Assembly (NCBI GenBank): GCA_951406725.2
Contig: OX597831.1
Location: 30,876,001-30,940,000 of the forward strand
Reading direction: 5' to 3'
DNA: 64,000 bases
Source: Octopus vulgaris
Taxonomy: Eukaryota
Positions 53,260 to 64,000 of this stretch are shown in pieces. Under the pieces are notes generated by a model. It did no database searches, was not told the DNA's origin, and saw only the letters and a list, made by a program, of their open reading frames with translations. The number at the start of each line of letters is the position of its first letter. The stretch's first letter is position 1. The translations under genes and the position numbers were made by a program.

Positions 53260-53379
53260 TTGGCTGCTCGCTTAGCCAGCGGGGTGGCGTCATTCAAAGG
53301 CTAAAAAACAATGCGAACGCATTGTGACCAGCGATGTGTAACAACATCTGATGGTCTGGTCGGTCACGTGATCACGTGA
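53260..53379 (+). mobile_element. ~120-bp element embedded in (TA)n, ending tcacgtgatcacgtga
   Basis: Inverted copy of 50601-50719. Confidence 0.75.
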
Positions 53380-54159
53380 TATATATATATATATATATAC
53401 ATATACATACATATATAATTGCATATAAGTATGTATATCTGTCTGTATGTATAAACGATCTGTATACCTAGTGTAATCCTTATTAACTGCGTTTTCGTCT
53501 TGAGAAAATATCTCCTGTAGATGTATAATGTCAAAAATGCAGAAAATAAATCACCATCAGGTGAAGGTCACTCAGCAGTTGTGGTGAAACTGCTAGATAC
53601 AGATGTCTGCTTGTTAACTTCATGCATTTATGCTTGTGTATGTTTGTAGAAATTTTTTAGCAATGGAAACTACTTGAAACGCTGCCAAATTACTTAATCA
53701 AAGCGATGTAAATACAAATACTAATTCCAAAACATAATTTTCATGAAATATGGGTTTTTTCTATGCAGAAATTAATTTTCATAGAACAAATGGTTGACCC
53801 CTGTCCCTTAGTTTACAGCGAATTGCCAATAACTACCATATTAAATCGATATAAATTTTGATAGAATAATCTTGACAGACATATTAAGCCATTTTAATCT
53901 AAGTTAGATGATGAAAAGATTGAAAATATATCTCTCCAATTTAATTACAACTGGTTTTTCATTTTAAAATTACAATTCCTCAGCAAAGTTTATTAATGTA
54001 GGCTAGCATTTTCCACAACTACGCTACACGATTTCAGTTAGTAAAAAATATAAAATTGTTCCAAATGTATAACTAAGAAGCTCGCATTGTAACCACGCAG
54101 TTCCGAATTCAGTACCATTGCGCGGCAGCTTAGACACGAGTCTTAGGCTTATCAATGCC

Positions 54160-54391
54160 TGTTTCTTTATTACCCACAAGGGGCTAAACATAGAGGGGAC
54201 AAACAAGGACAGACAAACGGATTAATTCGATTTACATCGACCCCAGTGCATAACTGGTACTTAATTTATCAACCCCGAAAGGATGAAAGGTAAAGTCGAC
54301 CTCGGCAGAATTTGAACTCAGAACGTAGCAGCAGACGAAATACCGCTAAGCATTTCGCTCGGCGCGCTAACGTTTCTGCCAGCTTGCCGCC
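54160..54391 (-). mobile_element. SINE family A with 17-bp TSD, nested in an old family B-like copy
   Basis: TSD ttaggcttatcaatRcc at 54143-54159 and 54392-54408. Confidence 0.88.
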
Positions 54392-55129
54392 TTAGGCTTA
54401 TCAATACCGTCTGAATGAACTTGGTAGATAGAAACTGTGTGGAAGCCCGCCGTGTAACCTCTTAAACATACTGACAAACATTGGTGGACATCCGACCTCT
54501 CTAAGGATTGTCGTATGCATGACTTTTATCAGCATTCAGTTGTGGGGTTCTGGCTCGGGTGTTTTAGTGTCTTGATGAGTGCTAGTCACCTCTTAACCAC
54601 TATCGTTCCCATGTCTACTCTTATCCAGAGTGGCAGAACCTGTCAGGTCCCAACTGTTGATTGACTAGCTTATGTAGTGGCTATCCCTCTCAGCGCAGCG
54701 ATGCAGAAATACCCTTAGTTAGTGGCAGGGAGTGCAATATAGCACTCGGGAGAGAAGGATCCTTAGCTGTTGTCACAGTATCCTTCTAAGAGAGACACAG
54801 GATCTTTACCTTTTGACCGACAGATTAAAAAAATAATTTTTTGTAACTAAACACTTTCAAACTTCGGACACTGGTAGACTGTGTCATATAAAACATCTTT
54901 TACTCTTAGCGTTTTTGAGAAACGCTTATATTCAGGAAGCTATTTCACGTTAAAGTTCTCCTATTTTGGTAATTTCAACCAATCAATGATGTGTATTCAG
55001 CTGAATAAAATTAATGTTACAACATCGATGAATTAAAAAAATATTAATTTCTTTCACCTCTGTTTCATGCCAGGTGAGTTTCATACGCAGGGATAGAGAT
55101 ACGATGAGTTACGATTATTAGTTCGGCGT

Positions 55130-55925
55130 TTAAGGTAACATGTCGGGTAAAATGCTTAGCGGGATTTCGTCCCTCTTTACGTTCAGAGTTCGAATTCAGC
55201 CGAGGTCAACTTTACCTCTTTTCCTTTCAGAGTCGATAAAATAAATACCGGTTGAACACTTGGGTCAATGTAATTGACTTAATTACTCCCCCGAAATTGC
55301 TGGCCTTGTGCCAAAAATTTGAAACCATTATTAGTTATGTGTTTAAGGGTTAGGGTTAGTAGAATCGTTAACACGCTGCTCAGTTTTTCGTCCGTCTTAT
55401 GTTCTGAATTCAAAATTCCGCCGAGATTGACATGACCGTTCATTTTTTTCGGAGTTGATAAAATAAATACTAGTAATCGACTAGACCTATTTTCCAAAGT
55501 TTCAGGTCTTGAACCTATGGTAGAAAACCAATGCGTTTAAGATCGCGAGGTGGCAGTATATTTAGAAGACCAGAGAAAATACTTAGCGGCATTACATCCG
55601 TTTTCACGTTCCGAGTTCAAATTCTGCCGAGGTCGACTTTACTTTTCATCGTTTTGGGGTCGAAAAAAAACACTGTAAGAGTCGAAGAATTGGGTCGATG
55701 TAATCGACACGTCTCCTCTCCAACAATTTCGAGCCTCGTATCTTTAACAGAAAGAATTATTAGTCCAGCGTTTACGGGTGGATTAGGAGAGTTGTTACAC
55801 ACTGGTAAAAAAAATGACTCGCAGTGTTCCTCCAAGCTCTTTACGTTCTGTATTGAAATACCACCAAGATCAACTTTGCTTTTCATTCTTTAAGGGTCGA
55901 TGAAATAAAGTACCAATCAAGTATT
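55130..55925 (+). mobile_element. Cluster of four diverged family A-variant SINEs, head to tail
   Basis: Repeated gttc..aattc.gccgagRtYRac....ttcat...ggRgtcgat.aaataa motif at ~55190, 55410, 55615 and 55860. Confidence 0.7.
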
Positions 55926-55970
55926 GAATCCCCAAAGATTCACACACACACACACACATATATATATTAT

Positions 55971-56047
<77 letters not shown>

Positions 56048-56714
56048 AATTGAGATAGGGGTTGTGAGTGTAACCCTCTATGGGATAACATATATCCAAT
56101 ATACTGCCAGTAAAGCACCCAATAAAGTTAATTTATATATAGAGACAAAAAAAATTCTTTAACAAAATTCTTTTCATTGGATTATTTACTCTTCGCTTAA
56201 ACCAATTTAATGTATAAAGGTCGTGAAACTTCTATGCCTGAAGAATTCCGATTTTGGTCGGGACCCCGACAGAGTTGATAGCCCAGTATACGAGTTGAAG
56301 GCCTCCTTAAAAATACTCAAACTTTACATCGACATTATTTGTCTCGTGTCTAAATGAGATTCATTTATTACGCGCTTAAGGACGTTAGAGCGTCGAAGAA
56401 AATGTCTCTCGGTATATTTTGTAGTTCTTCGTGATTTAATTCGTCAGTCAAGCTAATTCAATCAAAATTTACTTTAAATGATATAACTGTTATTGTCAAT
56501 TCGTTGTAAACTCAAGGAATGGACGTTGAATTTTCTCCCCCCACCCCCAATGTAATTCTATGAATAGAAGTCATAGTTGATGGAAGTTATGATCTGGAAA
56601 CCGTATTTGCATTTTTATCACTTTGAATAAATAATTGCAGCAAGCATCTACCAGCCTTCTATAACATTAACAGAAATGAAAAAATTATATAAAAATGTAT
56701 ACGCATATAAACAT

Positions 56715-56751
<37 letters not shown>

Positions 56752-56754
56752 CAT

Positions 56755-56806
<52 letters not shown>

Positions 56807-56912
56807 CTATCTATCTATACCTATCTATCTATCTATCTACACACATACTTATATACATAGGCAGATAGATAGATAGATAGATATAGATACACATATGTAC
56901 ATACACATGTAT

Positions 56913-56945
<33 letters not shown>

Positions 56946-56966
56946 CATGCATACACACACACACAC

Positions 56967-57001
<35 letters not shown>

Positions 57002-57027
57002 ATCTATAGCTATCTATCTATACCTAC

Positions 57028-57074
<47 letters not shown>

Positions 57075-57103
57075 CACACATACTTATATACATAGGCAGA
57101 TAG

Positions 57104-57198
<95 letters not shown>

Positions 57199-57227
57199 TA
57201 GATACACATATGTACATACACATGTAT

Positions 57228-57258
<31 letters not shown>

Positions 57259-57358
57259 TACACATATAGTAAATCTCCCAAAACGCAGAACAAACACAAA
57301 AACAACAACAACGCGAGGACGTGGTACATGCAGACGCTCAGGCAAAGAAAGAAAGGTG

Positions 57359-57393
57359 GTTTTACGTTTCAAGCAAAGCTCTTCTTCAGAAAC
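57359..57393 (-). ncRNA. Minimal hammerhead ribozyme in a family P1 pLTR-like copy (57278-57452)
   Basis: GTTT-CTGAAGA-A-GAGC-TTT-GCTT-GAA-ACGT-A-AAAC: canonical core, palindromic ACGT stem III and GUA site. Confidence 0.72.
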
Positions 57394-57449
57394 AGGAGAC
57401 AGAGGAAAGTCCAATAGAAAAGGAAGACGGAGGGAAAAAATCCACAACG

Positions 57450-57535
<86 letters not shown>

Positions 57536-57750
57536 AAAGAGACAAAAATAATTCTTTAACAAAATTCTTTTCATTGGATTATTTACTCTTCGCTTAAACC
57601 AATTTATTGTATAAAGGTCGTGAAACTTCTATACCTGAAGAATTCCGACTTTGATCGGAACCCCGACAGAGTTGATAGCTCAGTGTACGGGTTGAAGGCC
57701 TCCCTAAAAATACTCAAACTTCACCTACCTCACATGACCTGATATATATA

Positions 57751-57784
<34 letters not shown>

Positions 57785-57958
57785 TTTACATATATATATA
57801 TATATGTATGTATTTTTTCTCTAGGGAAACTCTGCAGTCCCTAAAAGTGAATAGTAACCGAGTCTAGTAAATTAACACTAACTCGAGTATTTCGAAAATT
57901 TGCTGTAGCTAGCCGGTATTGAGAAACGATCTAAATGTTAAAACATTAACCGCCGATG

Positions 57959-58015
<57 letters not shown>

Positions 58016-58265
58016 AAATTTATTTAAGGATAAGATCGTTATTTAAATATCGATTTTATCAAGTGACCAGCATGGAAATAAAAACTTTCAAAGGTAATAG
58101 TTATTATTAAAATTTTCATTTAGGGTATCTAAGAGATACAACCACACTAGATATAGCAGCCAAAACTAAGCTCTAAAACCACATGAAATGAACATTTAAT
58201 GTGGTTTTAGAGTCAAGTTTTGGCTGCTATTTCCAGTGTGGTGCTATCTAAATTATAGATAAATA

Positions 58266-58320
<55 letters not shown>

Positions 58321-58356
58321 TGTATGTATATGTATATATATATATGTATATGCATG

Positions 58357-58422
<66 letters not shown>

Positions 58423-58772
58423 TGTGTGTAAATTTGATGACGTGGGAACAAGTACGTAATACGGCGTTAATCAGTGAAGCGTGAAAATGAATTAATGGCG
58501 GCAATATTAAGAAAAGCAATTTAAATTGTCTACTATTTCTGGCAGGTATGACGTAGAATGTCCCTTTCTCTCAGAGTCAGTGACTTGAACGAAAGCATGA
58601 ATGGAAAGTGGAGGCAAATGAAAATTGAAATTAATAAAATCAATTTTGAATAAATTTCTAGAATTCAATAGCGATATTTTTTAATAAACGATATGAGTGC
58701 TCAAAGTAGCAGACAGCAACATACGGACACATATCCGGTATTTTCTATTTTTTCCGTGTGCAAGCTTTGGAT

Positions 58773-58861
<89 letters not shown>

Positions 58862-59075
58862 TGTGTATGAACAATGAACAAATATCTGTGTATGTGCTTG
58901 AGAGAGAAAGACATAGATAGAGACAATGATAGAGAGAGTACGAGAGAAACAGGGAAATACTGCATTTAAGGGTTAATAAAACGTTTCGTAAATACTCAAG
59001 ATTTTATCATTAGCTACGTGTTAGTGTGTGTACCTGTAGATACATGCATACATACTTAATACCACACATATATAT

Positions 59076-59151
<76 letters not shown>

Positions 59152-59294
59152 TTCAAGAGAAATCTTCAGGAATGAAGATTTCTCTTGAATGAAACAGTTC
59201 TAGTTAACTCCTTCTATATAATAAATTAATTTTACCCTTATTTACTGTGGTTAACCCCGAATCAACCCGGGACCTACATATATATATATATATA

Positions 59295-59656
59295 TATTTC
59301 TTTAACACACAGCTAAACATAGAGGGACAAACAAGGACAGACACACGGATTAAGTCGGAAACTTGTACTGAGAAGATGAAAGGCAATGTCGACCACGGCG
59401 GAATTTGAACTCAGAACGTAACGACAGACGAAATACCTATTTCTTTATTACCCACAAGGGGCTAAGCATAGAGGGGACAAACAAGAACAGACAAACGGAT
59501 TAAGTCAATTACATCGACCCCTGTGCGTAACTGGTACTTAATTTATCGACCCCGAAAGTCGACCTCGGCGGAATTTAAACTCAGAACGTAACGGTAGACG
59601 AAATACCGCTAAGCATTTCGCCCGGCGTGCTAACGTTTCTGCCAGCTCGCCGCCTT
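59295..59656 (-). mobile_element. SINE family A dimer with deletions
   Basis: Same junction gacgaaatacctatttc at ~59427. Confidence 0.85.
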
Positions 59657-59720
59657 ATATATATGAGGAAGGAGTGCAGGAGACAGAGATAGATGAGTAT
59701 GTATGTATGTATGTATATAA

Positions 59721-59768
<48 letters not shown>

Positions 59769-60403
59769 TATATACGAGCAAAACGCACCCCCAAGTCCAA
59801 TGGACGGTGCTGAGTTGTCAAACATTTAAACCAAATTTTCTCAAAACAACTTGTCCGACCGTCCCATAAGCCTCCCCTTTGAGAAACACTGATTTAACCT
59901 AAATTTGAGACACCAGCAAAAGATGAAATTAAGATAGACTTGTTTTCTATTCCAAAGGAAAAACGATTTTATTCACACAAATATGCAACCGAAAAGTTTA
60001 AGATACTAGTAATGATAAGGCTGTTAACTGGGAGAACACAAATATGGTTTAAACAGTAAGCTTGGCTGGAAAGAAACGTGCCTTTAAGCAGTACAAAAAC
60101 AACAAAAAATGGACGGCGCAGTTATGTACAGGTTGCCGAAGAAAAGCAGGACAAAAACGATGCAAGCAAATGGGTTAGCTGGAGGTAAATCTAGATGGAA
60201 AAGCATGATGAATTTATGAGAACGTACCTGGGACAATGATAAGTTTCTCCGATAAAACATGTAGGAAATCAACTTGGGGCGATTTTTGCTTAAAAGCAAC
60301 AACCTAGGGAGCTAAGTAGCTAATTTTAAGCTAACTTACTTTACGGGATGTTCAAGGGCATGGAAAAGCTAGTGGAGTGCAGTCTTGTAAACCACATTCC
60401 TTG

Positions 60404-60900
60404 TTACTCCGTCTGGAGTGTAGTAGAAAAGTTTGTCGAACAGCCAACCCTCGAACAGCCCACATACAGTTGACCTTGCGAAAAGTAGGGAGTACTGAGG
60501 TCCAACCCCACGAATTTTAATGACTGCTCCTGTGCTTTGTTGAGGGTCATCGCGAAGCTCAGGCGAACGGGGAATTGAATGCTTTTCATCGGGTAAACAC
60601 AGTCCGACGGAATCAATGGCATGTGGGAAATAAAAACAACATCCCCTGCTCCTTGACCCGTGATAACTTTTACCTAGAGAACGTCATCCAAAAGTTGGGT
60701 GAGAACCAACCGAGTGCCATTGCAAAGTCGTGGGGGTTCCAAGTTTCGGAGGAGAATGATGGTACTTCCAACCTTAAGGCAGAGTTTATGGGGTGGCAAA
60801 CTCGATGGTTCTTGTGAGTTAAGAAATTCGGTCGGGTACACAAGGACTTGCTCAGGGTCAGTAATTGAATTGATGGATGTGTAGATTCGTTCCTGGGTCG
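60404..60900 (-). pseudogene. Helitron RepHel PIF1-like helicase C-terminal fragment
   Basis: YPTEFLNSQEPSSLPPHKLCLKVGSTIILLRNLEPPRLCNGTRL...QFPVRLSFAMTLNKAQEQSLKFVGLDLSTPYFSQGQLYVGCSRV; in-frame stop at 60674-60676. Confidence 0.92.
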
Positions 60901-61163
60901 GCAGTTCTCGCGTACGCGTAGTATCGATCGCAACAGCTGATGTACTTGCGCGTACAAATGCACGTTCACACGGCTTTATCGATCGCATTCTCACCTGGAA
61001 TCAATATTTGCAATGTTTTCAAGACTTATACGCGCCCTGATACCGTCGGTATCTACATATCAAATTTGAGCGCAATTGGATGGAGGATGCCCGAGATCCT
61101 AGAAGACACACACAGAGACAGACAGAACGGATTCTATATAATTATATATATATATATCTCTCT

Positions 61164-61235
<72 letters not shown>

Positions 61236-62706
61236 AAAGAATGTGTTATAATACTATTGCTCATATACAAAGACAGCCATACCAACAATCCAACATACCT
61301 CCATCATCAGCTGCCCCACGGATGTCATTGTGGTTTCGACACCTAAGTAGTATCATTCAGTCCGGCGGATCAACAGCACTAAAATAAGTGTTGTTTGGGA
61401 ACAATCATACCAAAGAAGCCACCACTTTCAAACACGTTTACCCTATGTCCAACAGTATCGGTAAATAAATTTAATAAGTAAATCTATAACCAACTCCCAA
61501 ATATGTAACTAAACAGCGAGCAAATATGTAAGTCATATAAAAATATTCCCTACAGTCTTCCATAGCATAATATAAAAATGAAAGCTTAAAAACTTATTAA
61601 TTCTATCTAAATATAAGCAGGATTAAAAACTAACTTTAAAGTAAATTACAATTATGAAACACATAAATCTATGTACATCAGCATCGGTATTAATAGTAAA
61701 CCTACAATAACTAAATTATATACTAAATAGCTACTAATCTTTAAGTCCATACAAATAATAATCCCACCAGTCTTCCATAGTTACTACTAAAATAAAAAAA
61801 GTGAAAACTTTATATTCAGTTCTCCCCAAAACAAAATACGATTTAATTTAATTTAACGAATAATATAATAATTATATTATTTCATGAATCAAAAGTTAGT
61901 AATAAAAACACTACATACTCATTAATGTATATTACCCTGACAAGCTTTAATGTAAAAATTATCAATAATTAATAGAAACATTAAATTTTATTAAATACGA
62001 GCTAATAAAAGTATATTCGTAATTATCTATTACTATAAAACCTTGCTACGATTAAAGCTAATTTAAAACTGTTTAAAAGATAATAAAACGGCAATCTTTC
62101 GTCTCTAGTAGACCTTTCCGTCGATTTCCGTAAAAAATTTTTTTTTTTTTACGTATGGGCTTGCGGGAACTTTTGAAGTAATGAGAGCGAAAGAGACTAA
62201 GAGAAAGCGATTGTATGACGAGGGAAATTCTTTTGAAGTTACCGTGCATGGGAAGCATTAATGTACATGTGTGTGTGTGTGTGTGTGTGTGTTTGATGGG
62301 GCGTGGGAGACAGAAAGTATGTTGTGTAAGTGAAGTGCTTCTGTTAGTATGTGTGAAGAGACAGAGTAATGTGTGAAAGAAAGAGATAACTGAAATTTTT
62401 TACTCGGTGTATGTGTATATGTATGTATATTACTTCAAAAGTTCCCGCAAGCCCATATGTAAAAAAAAAATTTTTTTACGGAAATCGACGGAAAGGTCTA
62501 CTAGCGACGAAAGATCGCCAATAAAACTACAACGTATTAACACTTACATGTTTTGTTTTCAGGCCACGCGGTTCCATCACTTCTAGAACTTAAAAGACTA
62601 TCTAACTTATTGATGACGCGGTGTGTAATTACTACTACCTAAATTGTCTCAAACAATATTGGTGACGTAGTAAGCAAATAACTTGGATCGTGAACATTTC
62701 AAATCT

Positions 62707-62990
62707 TTACAAATATTTGCTAAGTTGAAGGTTACATACTACCGCATATTTATTTAAAAATTCAAGTCTTCCACCTAAAAAGCAACTAAAAGTTTTAACC
62801 AATTTACCATATTTATACCCTTGTTTTACTAAATGCCTTAACAGTTTATTTATTCTGTCCCAAAATTTATTATCATTATTAATAATAGTACCATATCTGA
62901 CAATTTGCCCTGCAAAAACACCATAAACAATAAAAGAACAAATTCTACTACTATGGCATTGAAGCCACTTGGAAACCAAAACCTGTTATG
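62707..62990 (-). pseudogene. Penelope-like (Naiad-type) RT thumb fragment
   Basis: SRICSFIVYGVFAGQIVRYGTI....FWDRINKLLRHLVKQGY resembles the YGVYxSQLIRY...F..R...L...L..QGY motif. Confidence 0.65.
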
Positions 62991-63025
62991 TTAGTACATA
63001 TTCCATCATTATCCTTAATTACTAA

Positions 63026-63095
<70 letters not shown>

Positions 63096-63104
63096 CGGGA
63101 AGCT

Positions 63105-63301
63105 TTATGAAAATAAACAAAAGACGAAGGCAGGTGGGATACAAACAAACAATTGTATTAGTATGGCGCTCAGGAATATAAATAAAACAAGTCTTTTACG
63201 TTTCGAGCCTACGCTCTTCAACAGAAAGATACACAGAAAAGAAACACGGAAAGAAACAAGGAGAGAAAAAAATGCGTGCAGAAGCTAGCGAATCAACATG
63301 G

Positions 63302-63305
<4 letters not shown>
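63105..63305 (-). mobile_element. Family P1 pLTR-like copy inside (TA)n
   Basis: TCTTT-CTGTTGA-A-GAGC-GTAG-GCTC-GAAACGTA-AAAGA at 63192-63229. Confidence 0.7.
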
Positions 63306-63363
<58 letters not shown>

Positions 63364-63714
63364 CGTTGAGAGATTTATTATATATATATCGTCATTAGTT
63401 TATATATCCGAAAAAGAAGCACACTCTCAGAGCAGTAACATATTGTTTTGGTCGATCAGAGAGTGATCATTCAGCTAAGCGCTTTATAGCTACTCTCTGA
63501 CTGACCATAGAACTCACCTTTCTCAATATGTATATATATATATTGTCCAATGAGGATTTGCTAGCCGAAATTTCGAAGTCACTGTCAACTCTATTCTTAT
63601 TAAAGAATAAAAAAAAATTGTATGCTACAAAAAAGTATGGAGCAACCCTACAGATTAATGTAAAATTGAGCGTGTAAAAGCAAATATTAATATATATATA
63701 TATATATATATATA

Positions 63715-63948
63715 CTTTATTTAAAGTAGCAGAAAATTCCACAAAACCTGTTACTCTGAGTTTCCCGTTGCCGTTCATCGGACAGTTTTTGCTAGATTCC
63801 AGCAAAAACTGTCCGATGAACGGCAACGGGAAACTCAGAGTAACAGGTTTTGTGGAATTTTCTGCTGCTTTAAATAAAGCATATTACTCTACCACTGGTA
63901 TTTGAGTACTCTTTTTTCCACCTTGTTTCACATTTATGTGTTTACTCC

Positions 63949-63950
<2 letters not shown>
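63715..63950 (+). mobile_element. Fold-back pLTR-like element (79-bp arms) with hammerhead-like fold on both strands, inside (TA)n
   Basis: Arms at 63715-63793 and 63801-63879 with one mismatch; AATAAA at 63873-63878; (TA)n on both sides. Confidence 0.8.

Positions 63951-64000
<50 letters not shown>

Noticed and set aside
63541-63590. Hammerhead-like CCAATGA-GG..CC-GAAA-tttcgaag-TC
   Set aside because: G5 is missing and stem I is poor; at best a decayed remnant.

Overview
AT-rich eukaryotic genomic DNA with very dense microsatellites. The repeat families suggest an octopus or other coleoid cephalopod (inference). The only host coding sequence I can support is a 939-bp first coding exon on the minus strand (13382-12444). 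It encodes the N-terminus and TM1-5 of a transmembrane adenylate cyclase of the rutabaga/Ca2+-calmodulin-responsive type, with an unusually long (~118 aa) TM3-TM4 loop. The following intron runs more than 12.4 kb to the window start. The rest is repeats: at least five tRNA-headed SINE families (many with target-site duplications), fragments of RTE/BovB, L1/Tx1 and Penelope-like retroelements, two decayed Tc1 transposons and Helitrons. The most interesting signal is a set of at least five unrelated short non-coding elements carrying hammerhead-ribozyme folds (22382, 28461, 46105, 57359 family, 63804). Several are fold-back (5'-inverted) insertions in (TA)n tracts or are flanked by TSDs, consistent with Penelope pLTR/retrozyme-like RNAs. 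Nearly all ORFs in the supplied track are microsatellite translations.
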